From: a virus
Lineage: Duplodnaviria > Caudoviricetes
Direction: 5' to 3' (one strand)
DNA length: 56,260 nucleotides
IMG/VR virus record: IMGVR_UViG_3300042564_007410
Location: 1 to 56,260 of that record
Under the pieces are notes generated by a model. The model had not been told where the DNA came from. It saw only the letters and a list, made by a program, of their open reading frames with translations, and ran no database searches. Of this stretch, positions 21,396-34,736 are shown piece after piece. Made by a program: the position numbers and the translations under genes. Numbering within the stretch: the first letter of the stretch is position 1; every line of letters begins with the position of its first letter.

Positions 21396-21863
21396 ATGGC
21401 AAATACTGATAATACCTGTGCCGATCTTAAGATCGAAGATCTATATACACAAAGTACTGATACTCTAGGCGACATTATGGCTCTCCAAAAGGACACTCAA
21501 AGCAATGTATATGGATGGAATTTTGACAACATGACTCTTCGCGAGATTATGTCATTTTGGCATGCCAACACACATGCTCTTGTTGATGAAATTCACGAAG
21601 CCACCGATGCATTGGGTGGAATTAAAGACGGTAGCGGAAATGCTATCTGGAAATATTGGAAGAAAGACTTTGAAAAGTATGGATTCATGAAGTTTTCAGA
21701 TCTTTCTGAAAGCGATCAACTTGAATGTAAGTTTGAAATCATTGATATGTTACACTTCTTTATGAATTATGCTATCTCAATTGGCATGACTCCACAGGAA
21801 ATGTATAATATGTACATGTCAAAAAATGCAGAGAATCGAGACAGACAAGCTCGAGGATATTAA
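21396..21863 (+). CDS. All-alpha dUTPase/dCTPase, T4 gp56-like
   Basis: DEIHE, WKYWK, FEIIDMLHF, KNAENRDRQARGY. Confidence 0.8.
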   Translation: MANTDNTCADLKIEDLYTQSTDTLGDIMALQKDTQSNVYGWNFDNMTLREIMSFWHANTHALVDEIHEATDALGGIKDGSGNAIWKYWKKDFEKYGFMKFSDLSESDQLECKFEIIDMLHFFMNYAISIGMTPQEMYNMYMSKNAENRDRQARGY

Positions 21864-21878
21864 AATAATCCTAATCAA

Positions 21879-22106
21879 ATGGATCCAATTAAAGGCGAGG
21901 GAAAACCTCAATTAAATATTAACCTATCTGATGCACCATATCTAGAATGCGAAGAGTGTCAAGGCAAAGTATTTGATGAAAAAATGATGATTAAAAAAGT
22001 TTCCAAATTTATGACAGGCTCTGAACAGGATTCAATTGTTCCTGTTCCTGTACTTGCTTGCTCTAAATGTGGTCATGTTAACGAAATGTTTAAACCAAAA
22101 ATATGA
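21879..22106 (+). CDS. Small zinc-ribbon protein
   Basis: CEEC and CSKC pairs. Confidence 0.7.
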   Translation: MDPIKGEGKPQLNINLSDAPYLECEECQGKVFDEKMMIKKVSKFMTGSEQDSIVPVPVLACSKCGHVNEMFKPKI

Positions 22107-23524
22107 TAATAGGCGCTGAAGTATTAAATGATAATATTTTAACTATCTCTTACTACAACGATAAGGGAAAAATTGAATTCATTAAAAAAAGATTAATGGA
22201 TCATGAAATGTATAATTGGGTAGAATCTAAAACTCCAACCGCCACTAAAAATTGGAATGGAGCACACGTGAAAAAAGGTCAATCTGCTGGACAATACATA
22301 AATCAATTTAGAATACAAGAATTAATTCAAGAAAAATTAACAGCAGAGGAACTTGAGCTAGTTTACAATTTTGATAATTTTCCTAAAAAGACTTATCTTG
22401 ATATTGAGATTAAATTAATTGATGATTCCTTTCCAGAACCAGAAAAAGCTAGAATGCCAGTTGGACTTATTTCATTTTGTAATGAAGATAATGTTACCTA
22501 TATTCTCTCTATCTTAAATACAGACGATCAGCCAGATGGTCTTACTCCAGAACAAATAGTTCAAATGGAAAAAGACGTTAATTCATATTTTAGAAAAACT
22601 GTTCCTAAGAAACCAGAAGATGCTCGTTTATTCAATCAAGACTTTAAAATTAAATATAAATTCTTTAAAAGTGAAGATGAGTTAATGGCTTTCTATTTTC
22701 ATAAAATTATGCCTCATTTTAATTTTGTGACTGGATGGAACGTAACTGAATTTGACTGGAAGTATTTAATGAATCGTGGTAAAAATCTTAAAATCGATAT
22801 GATGGAGAATATGCCAACTCGTTCAACTGTTTCTAAAGTTAAGATTCCAACTCATCTAGGTGTACTTGATTACATGCAAGTATTTGAAAAGATGAAACCA
22901 TATAAAGTTGTAGAAAACTATAAACTTGATTATATTGCTGATCTTGTTCTAGGCACAGCCAAATTACATCATGATTATTCTTCATTCATGGAATTTCAAA
23001 AAGATACCTATCTTTTTACTATGTATAACGTAATTGACGTTATTCTTGTAAAATTAATTGAGGATAAGCTTGCACTAATGGACGTAGCCTTTGCTATGGC
23101 AAATGTCGCTCAAGTAGAAGTAAACAAAGTATTTAGTCCAGTATATATTGCTGAGATCTTAATGTGTCGTGAATTCCTAAATAAGAATCAAAAAATGATG
23201 AAACTTCCTTGGGGAGAAGAGGTACTTGATGGAACCTATGCTGGAGCTTATGTAAAAGATCCAATTCCAGGTTATTATAATGCTATTGCATGTTATGACT
23301 TTTCATCAATGTATCCAAATATTCAAATTCAATTTAATATTTCGCCAGATACTTTCCTTGGAAAAACTGATCAAGTTAAGCGAGATGGAACTGAAATCCA
23401 TACTAAAAATGATACACTATTTTCAAATAAAAGTGATTCAGTTGCTCGAAAAATTCTTACTCGACTCTATGATGAGCGTATAAAAACCCAAGGCGAAATT
23501 AAACAATTAAAAAATTCAAAATAA
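22103..23524 (+). CDS. Family B DNA polymerase, N-terminal subunit (exonuclease plus motif A only)
   Basis: LDIE, GWNVTEFD, YNVIDV, YAGAYVKDP, DFSSMYP; stops in the fingers with no motif B or C. Confidence 0.85.
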   Translation: MIIGAEVLNDNILTISYYNDKGKIEFIKKRLMDHEMYNWVESKTPTATKNWNGAHVKKGQSAGQYINQFRIQELIQEKLTAEELELVYNFDNFPKKTYLDIEIKLIDDSFPEPEKARMPVGLISFCNEDNVTYILSILNTDDQPDGLTPEQIVQMEKDVNSYFRKTVPKKPEDARLFNQDFKIKYKFFKSEDELMAFYFHKIMPHFNFVTGWNVTEFDWKYLMNRGKNLKIDMMENMPTRSTVSKVKIPTHLGVLDYMQVFEKMKPYKVVENYKLDYIADLVLGTAKLHHDYSSFMEFQKDTYLFTMYNVIDVILVKLIEDKLALMDVAFAMANVAQVEVNKVFSPVYIAEILMCREFLNKNQKMMKLPWGEEVLDGTYAGAYVKDPIPGYYNAIACYDFSSMYPNIQIQFNISPDTFLGKTDQVKRDGTEIHTKNDTLFSNKSDSVARKILTRLYDERIKTQGEIKQLKNSK

Positions 23525-23763
23525 TGGCAAAACCAATATTTATAGTTGCATATCCAATGGATTCAAATCTTTCCAGTGAAAGACTAAATGAAATCACAAA
23601 GGGACTTGAAATAAAATTACACGATTATCATGTAATTGGATATATTGCTTCAAATATTGAGGAGGTACAGATGACGACTCTAAATGCAGATTTATCAGAG
23701 GACCTAGACATTATAGAATTAAAAAAAGAAATAGACTCTAAACTTTTTAAAATAACCAAATAA
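23524..23763 (+). CDS. Hypothetical protein
   Basis: Coupled ORF (TAATG). Confidence 0.6.
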   Translation: MAKPIFIVAYPMDSNLSSERLNEITKGLEIKLHDYHVIGYIASNIEEVQMTTLNADLSEDLDIIELKKEIDSKLFKITK

Positions 23764-23764
23764 T

Positions 23765-24106
23765 ATGAATAACGCACAAGATTTTGTAAATTGGCTTGAA
23801 GGTTTCTTAGACGCATGTAAGAACTCGCCATCTCCTCAACAAATTAAAGAGGTAAGAAAAAAAATGTCAGCTTTGCCTGTAAGTAAAGATAACTTTGCAG
23901 TTAATAGAGCAACTGGAGAAGTCTATACTCCCCTATGGAGTCCAAGTGCTCAATCTAAACCAGCAGAATTCTTTTCAACAATTTCATTAGTTCCACCAGG
24001 ATCAACACTTCCAAATAATGGTCCACTAGATCAAATAGATGAAGAATTTCTTAAAGCTGTTGAGGAAAGTAAAAATGCTTCCACTATGGAAGAACTTATC
24101 TCCTAA
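23765..24106 (+). CDS. Hypothetical protein
   Basis: FVNWLEGFLD N-terminus common in phage hypotheticals. Confidence 0.65.
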   Translation: MNNAQDFVNWLEGFLDACKNSPSPQQIKEVRKKMSALPVSKDNFAVNRATGEVYTPLWSPSAQSKPAEFFSTISLVPPGSTLPNNGPLDQIDEEFLKAVEESKNASTMEELIS

Positions 24107-24122
24107 AAAAAATAAAAATCAA

Positions 24123-24740
24123 ATGTCATTTGACGAAAATAAACTAATCTCCTTAATGGAGAATTTTTCTGGAGCGAAATTCCAGTGGATCAAGACAAAT
24201 CGTCCTGAAATATTAGGTAAAGTTGTTACTTGTAGAAATATTGAACCTAGAGGAGATCGATTCTTTGTAATGTTTGATGATGGGTCAACCGTTGACTCTA
24301 CTCAACTTAATACAAGTCTATTAATGTTGCACGGAGATATGCAACCACTAAGCAGAGCTGAGGTTGAATCAATTAATGGTCCAAAAAAACCTCAAGTTAA
24401 TCTTGGACAAGCAAATTCAAGTAGACCACAAAATCAGACAATGAATCAGCCAGCTCAATCTCAACCTTCTGCATCAAATATGTTTGACATGTTTAATTCT
24501 GAAGAGAGAAAAATTGATTTACAAGTTTCAATAAGTTTACCTGATCAAGATCTTCTTAGAATGATGTATTCTAATGCAAAAGACAAAGATAAGTTTCTTA
24601 GTGAGTTATCTGATTATGTATTTCGTGTGATAAATAAAACAGTAGTTCAGACTTCCATTTCAACAATGGTTATGCCTCATCCACCAAAGATGAATCGTAC
24701 TGGAACTAGTGTAAATATTACTGAAATACATGAAGATTGA
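24123..24740 (+). CDS. Hypothetical protein
   Basis: Likely ATG at 24123 (MSFDENK). Confidence 0.65.
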   Translation: MSFDENKLISLMENFSGAKFQWIKTNRPEILGKVVTCRNIEPRGDRFFVMFDDGSTVDSTQLNTSLLMLHGDMQPLSRAEVESINGPKKPQVNLGQANSSRPQNQTMNQPAQSQPSASNMFDMFNSEERKIDLQVSISLPDQDLLRMMYSNAKDKDKFLSELSDYVFRVINKTVVQTSISTMVMPHPPKMNRTGTSVNITEIHED

Positions 24741-25287
24741 TCAATTTAATTCAACTGAGGAATACTCCAATAATAAATTTAAAATTCTAAATTTTACTGG
24801 AGATAAAGGTAACTTTAAAAGAATAAAGTCAACTCGGGAAGCAATTTGTTTGCTTCCCTTTGACGTTAATGAAAATAGCCAAATAAAAAATGTATATTTA
24901 GCTAAATACCATGACTATGTATTAGATGGACAAAATCATCGATGTATTACCTCTACTCTTGAGCCAGATGAATTTAATACTTATCATGAATCATTATCAA
25001 AATGCATTGATGTTGAATTAGGATTAGACGAAATAGAATTAAATGATATTTTTTATCTAGGTCAAATTCAACACACCATGCCTTTTACTAAAACGTATAA
25101 GTGTTATGCTATCAACTTAACTAAGTATAGCGAGGATCCTTCTGGATTTACCCCAAAGGTACTTGATCCTGATTCAAAGTTACACAGTATTGAAAAGGTG
25201 AGATTTAATAGAGTTATGAAAGGCGAAATACAGGACACATTAACTCTATCCTGCTCTATTTTATTACTTTCATATATTTCTGAATAG
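24730..25287 (+). CDS. Hypothetical protein, possible degenerate NUDIX fold
   Basis: AICLLPF, CIDVELGL, FYLGQI resemble NUDIX topology but no intact Nudix box. Confidence 0.45.
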   Translation: MKIDQFNSTEEYSNNKFKILNFTGDKGNFKRIKSTREAICLLPFDVNENSQIKNVYLAKYHDYVLDGQNHRCITSTLEPDEFNTYHESLSKCIDVELGLDEIELNDIFYLGQIQHTMPFTKTYKCYAINLTKYSEDPSGFTPKVLDPDSKLHSIEKVRFNRVMKGEIQDTLTLSCSILLLSYISE

Positions 25288-25313
25288 AACTTTTTAGTCA
25301 TTTTCTAGTAAAA
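25287..25313 (+). promoter_or_regulatory. Putative phage promoter GAAC-N17-GTAAAA
   Basis: Recurring motif upstream of uvsX. Confidence 0.5.
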
Positions 25314-25333
25314 GATAATAAAACTAGATAACT

Positions 25334-26536
25334 ATGGCTAAGTCAACAAATGACGCAATTAATGCTTTTAATAAGTTTAATGACATTTTAGAAAAAAAGG
25401 TCAAGTCTAAAATTACCTTAATGGGATTTTCAGATATTGACGATTATATCCCAACTGGAAACTATCTCTTAAACGCTCAAATTTCAGGATCAGTGTTTGG
25501 AGGATATCCAAATACTAGGAGTATTGGAATTGCTGGTGACTCTGGCGCAGGTAAAACATTTCTCTGTTTAAATGCAGTTAGAGAACTACAAAAGAAAGAT
25601 TACTTTGTTTTCTATATTGATACTGAAGGTGCAATCGATAGATCAGATTATACTAAATTTGGCGTTGATCTTGAAAAATTAAAATACCTACGTATGGGTT
25701 TAATCAGTGACGTTAAATTCTTTGTCAATGATTTTATTGAAACAATGAGAGATAATCCAGGACTAAAGGCAGCTATCTTTGTAGATTCAGTTGGAATGCT
25801 TGATACTGATAAGAGTAAAAGAGATATGGATGCTGGTAAAAATGCATCAGATATGGGACTTCGTTCAAAAGAGATGAGATCACTATTCAAATCATTTACT
25901 CTTGAACTTTCTAATCTTAAAGTTCCATTTATCTTTACTAACCATACTTACGCTTCGATGGACCAGTACACTCCAAAGGGAATGTCTGGTGGAGGTGGTC
26001 CTGAATTCTCAGCATCAATTATCTTAATGTTAAGTAAAGGTACTCTTCGAGACGAAGCTAAGACAACTACTGGAATTATTGTTCGTTCTAAAACTAGAAA
26101 GAATAGACTTGCTCGCCCAATTGATATTGAGTTCCATATCTCTTTCCATAAAGGTATGAATCAATATGTTGGTCTTGAACAATTTGTTAGTTGGGAAAAT
26201 TGTGGAGTCGGCCGAGGAAATAAGTTAACTGAAAAGGAATTTTCAAAGTTAAAAACAGATGAGCAATCAATTTGTTCTGAATTTAAAGTAGGTGATGAAA
26301 CCTTCTATTATCTACCTAAAAAACTTGGAAAAAGCTATGTTATTCGACATAGTGGAGATCTTGTTCCAGTTAAAGAATTTTTTACCTCTAAACTATTTAC
26401 TCACGAGGTATTATTAGAGCTTGATGAGAAAGTTATTAAACCAACTTTTAAATTTCCTGAAACTCAAGATGAAATTGATTTACTTGAGACAGAAGAATTA
26501 ATTGATTTTAGTGATGACGATGACTCTGCGCTCTGA
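25334..26536 (+). CDS. uvsX: RecA-like recombinase
   Basis: IPTG, GDSGAGKT, YIDTE, FVDSVG, TNHTY, SGGGG. Confidence 0.92.
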   Translation: MAKSTNDAINAFNKFNDILEKKVKSKITLMGFSDIDDYIPTGNYLLNAQISGSVFGGYPNTRSIGIAGDSGAGKTFLCLNAVRELQKKDYFVFYIDTEGAIDRSDYTKFGVDLEKLKYLRMGLISDVKFFVNDFIETMRDNPGLKAAIFVDSVGMLDTDKSKRDMDAGKNASDMGLRSKEMRSLFKSFTLELSNLKVPFIFTNHTYASMDQYTPKGMSGGGGPEFSASIILMLSKGTLRDEAKTTTGIIVRSKTRKNRLARPIDIEFHISFHKGMNQYVGLEQFVSWENCGVGRGNKLTEKEFSKLKTDEQSICSEFKVGDETFYYLPKKLGKSYVIRHSGDLVPVKEFFTSKLFTHEVLLELDEKVIKPTFKFPETQDEIDLLETEELIDFSDDDDSAL

Positions 26537-26852
26537 TCTACCAATCAAGTACTATCTAAATATTCATACTGAGAGTAAATTATGTGATCAATTTACTCTC
26601 CTTTTTGAAATATTACAGTACACAATTAAAGTTGCAACCTCAAAAGATAAAAGTTTAGATCCCAATAATATCAAATTTTCTTCTAAATCATTAAAATATG
26701 TTTTTGGAGAAAGGTTAAAAGATGAAACTTTTAAAACAGATATAGTTAAATCATTAAAGAAGATGATTCACGATGAATATCTTACTACTGAAGGCGACTT
26801 CATTTACTTTACAAAAAAAACAATAACTTATTTTTATCTAACCCATGATTGA
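26520..26852 (+). CDS. Hypothetical protein
   Basis: ORF between uvsX and the helicase; start uncertain. Confidence 0.55.
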   Translation: MTLRSDLPIKYYLNIHTESKLCDQFTLLFEILQYTIKVATSKDKSLDPNNIKFSSKSLKYVFGERLKDETFKTDIVKSLKKMIHDEYLTTEGDFIYFTKKTITYFYLTHD

Positions 26853-28326
26853 TTTTACAGAAAATATTGACTCTCTTGAAAAAATGGTATGGAACTTTAT
26901 CTTGAATTCAGATAATGATCTTAACGATATGCGACCATCTAATCATGATTCACTAAGAAGAGAGGAATTAATCACAATGATGAAACCTAGTTATTTTAAT
27001 GATGATGATAGACAGGAATCATTTAAAACAGCGTTAAAGTTTTTTAAAGAGTATGAAAAAATTCCAAATCGAAAAGAATTAAGAAGTTATCTTGATTTAA
27101 CTAATATTGGATTAGATAGTGAAGAGTTTGAAGATCTATATGCGTTTAATCTACTTGAATATAATTATGATTATCTTTATAAATACGTTAAAGCTTTTAT
27201 ACTATTACGTAACCTAAACTTAACAGTATTTGACCTATTAACCTATTTAAAAACCACAGCAATTGATCCAAAGAATATTGATAAGATTGCTGAAAAAATA
27301 AGGAATGATATTAGTACTAAGCTAGCACTAAATTTCTCAAGTACTGACTCTGGCTTAAATTTCTTTAATCCTGAATCTCATATTCAAATTTCAAAATCAG
27401 GAAGTCCAACAGGCTTTCCTTTTCTAGATAAAGTTCAAGGTGGAGGTTGGAATTCAAAATCACTAGTTGTTTTCCAAGGTCGACCTAAAGTTGGTAAATC
27501 AATGGTTCTTGGAAATATTGCAGCTCGATCATTTTTAACTGGTAATGTTACTGGTCTAGTAACTGTTGAGTTAGCAGATAGAGCCTATCTAAAACGTATT
27601 GGCTCAAATATTTTAAATATTAAATCTGAAGACTATGCAAGTATTATTGATGAGAATGCAGCAAAATTAATTGCTAAAAAAATAGATGAGCTTAAGGAAT
27701 CTGGTCAAACCATTGGAGAACTCGTAATTAAGGAATTTCCAACTGGCGGGGCTACTGCAATTGATATTGAAAATTATTTTGTTCGACTTGAACAAAAAAT
27801 GAATAAGAAATTCAAAGTTATTGTAGTTGACTACTTAAACTTATTACGACCAATCAACAATCAAAACGGACTCTATGAAAAAATAAAGGCAATCTCTGAG
27901 GAACTTAGAGGAGTTGCAATGAGAAATGAATGGTGTATAATAAGTGCCACTCAAATTCGTCGAGAAGATATTGATAATTTTGATTTAGGTATGGACTCAG
28001 TTGCTGAGTCCTTTGGTTTAATACATACAGTTGATGCTCTATTTGGTCTAATGAGAAGTCCATTGGAGAGTAGAATGAAGATCAAAGTAATTGCTAACCG
28101 TGATAATGGTTACGAAGAAAGTTATAAGTTCTACACAATGCATAAAGACTATTTTAGACTTAGTGAAGAGAATGGACAAAATAGTGAATTTTATAGTGAT
28201 GATGAGGAGGTAAGTCGAATGGCTGATGAACTTAGATCTGAATATTCTGAAATGAATAATCCATCACCTGTGATTGAACCTAATATAATTGAAGATGACT
28301 ATGATGCTCTCTTCAATGCAATATAA
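26845..28326 (+). CDS. gp41: Replicative DnaB-like helicase, gp41-like
   Basis: PTGF, GRPKVGKS, IKEFPTG, VVDYLNL, SATQ, AESFG. Confidence 0.9.
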   Translation: MIDFTENIDSLEKMVWNFILNSDNDLNDMRPSNHDSLRREELITMMKPSYFNDDDRQESFKTALKFFKEYEKIPNRKELRSYLDLTNIGLDSEEFEDLYAFNLLEYNYDYLYKYVKAFILLRNLNLTVFDLLTYLKTTAIDPKNIDKIAEKIRNDISTKLALNFSSTDSGLNFFNPESHIQISKSGSPTGFPFLDKVQGGGWNSKSLVVFQGRPKVGKSMVLGNIAARSFLTGNVTGLVTVELADRAYLKRIGSNILNIKSEDYASIIDENAAKLIAKKIDELKESGQTIGELVIKEFPTGGATAIDIENYFVRLEQKMNKKFKVIVVDYLNLLRPINNQNGLYEKIKAISEELRGVAMRNEWCIISATQIRREDIDNFDLGMDSVAESFGLIHTVDALFGLMRSPLESRMKIKVIANRDNGYEESYKFYTMHKDYFRLSEENGQNSEFYSDDEEVSRMADELRSEYSEMNNPSPVIEPNIIEDDYDALFNAI

Positions 28327-28340
28327 AATAATATTTATGA

Positions 28341-28883
28341 ATGACCGATACCGATTTCACAGAAGATCATCTACCTGATGAACCTAGGGAAGACAAGATC
28401 TTCAACAACAGTTACTATAATGGTGACAAATTAAGGGACTCTGAACAATATGAGTTTCAAAAAAAAATATCTGTTTCATCAGATTATTCAGATAATTATC
28501 TAAAGGATCTATATGATTATGAAGAGCAACTCGAATCAAAATTTATACTTGATATTATCTTTGATTTTTTACAAAAGGACGAAGTCCTAAGTAAATATAA
28601 ACTTGACTTAACTGAGGAATCTCCAGTAGCAAAAATAAAATTTTCAAAAGAGGATATTAATCTTGTTTTTAATAGAGTCCATGAAAATCTAGATATTGCA
28701 AATCATGGAATATCTTTCTATAGTCCAATTTATATTATTGAAGCTATTTCATCAATTTCATCAATGGAGTACAGAAAAATATTTGACTCTCTTGAAACAG
28801 ATACTCAAGAAATACTAATTCTTGAATTAAATAAGAAATACCAATTTTTAGAAGGTAAAATGCATAAAAAAAGAATACACTAA
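28341..28883 (+). CDS. Hypothetical protein
   Basis: 180-aa acidic ORF in operon. Confidence 0.65.
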   Translation: MTDTDFTEDHLPDEPREDKIFNNSYYNGDKLRDSEQYEFQKKISVSSDYSDNYLKDLYDYEEQLESKFILDIIFDFLQKDEVLSKYKLDLTEESPVAKIKFSKEDINLVFNRVHENLDIANHGISFYSPIYIIEAISSISSMEYRKIFDSLETDTQEILILELNKKYQFLEGKMHKKRIH

Positions 28884-29110
28884 TGCGCTGGATTAAATTA
28901 ACACATACTACAGGGTCAGTCAACCTTAACCTTGAACAAGTATATCGATATGAATCAACTTCATCTACTGAGATTACATTTTATGATGCAAACTCAATAT
29001 TACCCACCTCATATAGTTTTGCAACAGCTGCTGAACTTACTGCAGTTATGGCAAAACTTTCAAATATTTTAAGTGTAATAGATATTGATCAGTTAGCCAC
29101 ACAAGGATGA
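28883..29110 (+). CDS. Hypothetical protein
   Basis: Coupled to neighbours at both ends. Confidence 0.6.
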   Translation: MRWIKLTHTTGSVNLNLEQVYRYESTSSTEITFYDANSILPTSYSFATAAELTAVMAKLSNILSVIDIDQLATQG

Positions 29111-30219
29111 AATTAGAAAACATTAAAAAAATATTTGTACTAGGTGACCTTCACTTAGGCGTGAGAAATAACTCAGTTGAGTGGTCTGATATTCAGACCA
29201 CTTTTCTTATAGACTACTTTCTTAATAAAATAGATGAGGAAGGATTTGATCCTAGCACTGATATTTTGGTACAAGCGGGTGATTGGAATCATGTTAGAGA
29301 ATCAACAAATGTTCGAATTTATAAATTATCACTTCAAATAGCTGAGGCACTTACTCAAAAATTTAAAAGAGGAGTTTATGTAATTCTTGGTAACCATGAC
29401 GTTTATTATAAAGATCGAACTGACACTCATTCACTGGAAGGATTTGACAAAATCTACAATAATTTTCATATATTTACTAAGCCTGATACTCTTTTAATAA
29501 ATTCACATAACTTTTTAATGTTGCCGTGGATTGAAAATTTAACTGAATTAAAGAGTCAAATTAAAAAGTATCCATCTGCAAAATATTCTTTTTGTCATAC
29601 TGACTTTAAAGGATTCAATTTTAATAAAGTTCAAAAACTCGAACATGGTTTAGAGACAGAAGATATTTCTTCATTTACTCGAATCTATTCTGGTCATATC
29701 CATATTCGACAAGAAAAAGGAAACGTTCTCTATCTTGGAACACCATATGAAATGGATAGAGGTGATCGTGGAAATACTAAAGGCTTCTACGTATTGGACG
29801 TTAGCGGAAAAGAGATAACTGAAAAGTTTGTGCCCAATGAAATTTCACCAAAGTATTTAAAGTTTGATATTTTAGAGCTATTGAATTTGACCCCAATTGA
29901 ATTAAAGAGCAAATTTAAAAATAATTTCATTGATATTATTATTGAATCTGAATTTTCAAAAAGATTTCCACTTTCTCAATTTACAGAATTTGTAAAAGAT
30001 TATGGACATCGTCGCCTTGAATTTGCATCCTATTCAAAAGATCAAATAAAAAATAAGAGTGAAGTTGAAATACAATCAGATTACGAATATAATATCTTTA
30101 CTCTACTTGACGAAAGAATAAAAATAATGAATCTTCCATTTGATCAGTCAACTAAAATTATTGATCGATTTAAAGAGATCTATGATTCACTAAACAATAA
30201 TAAACATTATAATCAATGA
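29107..30219 (+). CDS. gp47: Mre11/SbcD-like nuclease, gp47
   Basis: GDLHLG, AGD, GNHD, SGHIH metallophosphoesterase motifs. Confidence 0.9.
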   Translation: MKLENIKKIFVLGDLHLGVRNNSVEWSDIQTTFLIDYFLNKIDEEGFDPSTDILVQAGDWNHVRESTNVRIYKLSLQIAEALTQKFKRGVYVILGNHDVYYKDRTDTHSLEGFDKIYNNFHIFTKPDTLLINSHNFLMLPWIENLTELKSQIKKYPSAKYSFCHTDFKGFNFNKVQKLEHGLETEDISSFTRIYSGHIHIRQEKGNVLYLGTPYEMDRGDRGNTKGFYVLDVSGKEITEKFVPNEISPKYLKFDILELLNLTPIELKSKFKNNFIDIIIESEFSKRFPLSQFTEFVKDYGHRRLEFASYSKDQIKNKSEVEIQSDYEYNIFTLLDERIKIMNLPFDQSTKIIDRFKEIYDSLNNNKHYNQ

Positions 30220-31883
30220 GATTAACTGAATTTTCATATCGAAATATCTTATCATACGGCAATAAGCTTCAAACATTTAAGTTTGAAGATACTACTGGTT
30301 TAATTTTAGTAGAGGGAGAAAATGGTGCTGGTAAATCATCCATTAAAGAGGCACTAACTGTTGCAATCTATGGTCGCTCAGCTATTCGTAAAATGAAAGA
30401 CGTTCCAAATTGGATCAATCGAAATGCATATACTAATGTTAAATTTGTAACTAATTCTGGAGAAACCGTTGAACTCAATCGAGGGATCGATCCAAATTTT
30501 AGCGATATTAAAATTAATGGTACCGCTTTTAATCTTCCAGATAAAAGAAAGGTTGATGAATTTATTGAAGATGAACTTGCAAAAATTCCATTTTCAGTTT
30601 TTTGTAATACTATTAGTCTTTCCTTTGATGATTTTAAATCATTTGTTAATTTAAGTAAAGACGATAAACGAAAAATAATAGATCGTATTTTTGGAATAGA
30701 TATACTTTCTGATATGCGAGCTAAAGTAAAAGAGGAGCTTAAAGAAAATAAATCTGAACTTGATATTATCACAGCAACCCTAAAATCAAGTCAAACCAAT
30801 CTTACTAATTATCAAGATCAGCTTGAACAATTAAAACAAAAAATTAATCAAAAGAGGGAAGAATTAACAACTAAACTAACTACTGATATTGAAAATAAAA
30901 AGGTAGAAGTTGATGCTGCTCTCTTAGCAAAAAATAAATTAAAAGAGACAATTGATTCACAAACACTAATTAATCGTCAGGCCCAAGAAGAGGTAACCAA
31001 AATTAAGTCAGATATTCGTGATTTAACTACTAAACTTGCAATCTACGCTAAGAATCGCTGCCCGCATTGTCTAAATGATCTACATTCAGATTCTTCAATT
31101 GAAATAAAGGAAAGGATTGAAGATAGAATTAAACTACTCACATCTTCACAATCAGAAAAACAAAAAGCTGCAGATGAAATAAATGATAGTCTTACTTCAC
31201 TATTATTAAATAAGGGAGATATTGATTCTGATTATTTTAATAAAAAGGCTGAATTACAATCCCTAGTGACCTCACTGGAGGCTGCTAATGAGAGCAATGG
31301 GTCTGACGAAATATCTTCTATCTCTAAAATAATCAAGAGTCTAGAGGAGCAGATAGATGAGAGCCAATCCCAAATTAATACTTTAACTTCATCTCGAGCT
31401 ATTTCACTAAGTCTAGATGATCTCTTATCGGAGAGTGGAATTAAGAGAGATATGATTGAGCGAGTAATTCCAACACTAAATGCAAGAATTCTTGAGATCT
31501 CTGAAAAATTAGAATTTAAGTTTTCATTTGAATTTGACAATGAATTTGATCCTCATATAACTTATTTAGGATTACAAATTTCTCCAGAAAGTCTATCTAG
31601 CGGTCAGCGTAAAAAGATGAACCTAATTGTTTTGCTTGCTTTTATTGAAATAATTAAGATGAAACACAGCCAAATGAATGTAATGTTTCTTGATGAAATC
31701 TTTAGTTCACTTGATAAATCAAATGTATATCGAGCAATTTCAATTCTTAAAGAGTATTCAGAAAAATATGGAATGTCAATATTTGTAGTTTCTCACGAAT
31801 CCCTACCTGAAGAGCTATTTAACTATCGAATCTTTGTGACCCAACAAGATCATTTTTCAGAAATGGAGATTACTAAAATTTAA
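30216..31883 (+). CDS. gp46: Rad50/SbcC-like ATPase, gp46
   Basis: GENGAGKS, CPHC zinc hook, LSSGQ, FLDE, VSH. Confidence 0.92.
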   Translation: MRLTEFSYRNILSYGNKLQTFKFEDTTGLILVEGENGAGKSSIKEALTVAIYGRSAIRKMKDVPNWINRNAYTNVKFVTNSGETVELNRGIDPNFSDIKINGTAFNLPDKRKVDEFIEDELAKIPFSVFCNTISLSFDDFKSFVNLSKDDKRKIIDRIFGIDILSDMRAKVKEELKENKSELDIITATLKSSQTNLTNYQDQLEQLKQKINQKREELTTKLTTDIENKKVEVDAALLAKNKLKETIDSQTLINRQAQEEVTKIKSDIRDLTTKLAIYAKNRCPHCLNDLHSDSSIEIKERIEDRIKLLTSSQSEKQKAADEINDSLTSLLLNKGDIDSDYFNKKAELQSLVTSLEAANESNGSDEISSISKIIKSLEEQIDESQSQINTLTSSRAISLSLDDLLSESGIKRDMIERVIPTLNARILEISEKLEFKFSFEFDNEFDPHITYLGLQISPESLSSGQRKKMNLIVLLAFIEIIKMKHSQMNVMFLDEIFSSLDKSNVYRAISILKEYSEKYGMSIFVVSHESLPEELFNYRIFVTQQDHFSEMEITKI

Positions 31884-32053
31884 TTCAAATCTTTAGGTCG
31901 TTCGTCATACCACGTACAACCTTCAATAGGATATTCGTAAGTATCTTTCAACTCTCTTTTTAAAGTAAATGTTGGTCCATAAACAGCATTAGGTGCAAAT
32001 AACCATTCCCTATTTATATCATCCCATTTGTAAAATCCACTTGTATCTTCCAT
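31880..32053 (-). CDS. 57-aa hypothetical protein missing from the ORF track, possible fibre accessory
   Basis: MEDTSGFYKWDDINREWLFAPNAVYGPTFTLKRELKDTYEYPIEGCTWYDERPKDLN follows the fibre-like genes. Confidence 0.65.
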   Translation of the reverse strand: MEDTSGFYKWDDINREWLFAPNAVYGPTFTLKRELKDTYEYPIEGCTWYDERPKDLN

Positions 32054-32066
32054 ATCTATTTTTATT

Positions 32067-34657
<2,591 letters not shown>

Positions 34658-34736
34658 TTACTTACTCTTCTTTATTATATTTATTCAAATATTGAAACTT
34701 TTTAAAAGTAGCATGTATAAAAGTAAAAACAAAAAT

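Noticed and set aside
10943-28326. Inteins or introns in NrdA, UvsX and gp41, which are common hosts
   Set aside because: Catalytic and Walker motifs are contiguous and lengths are normal
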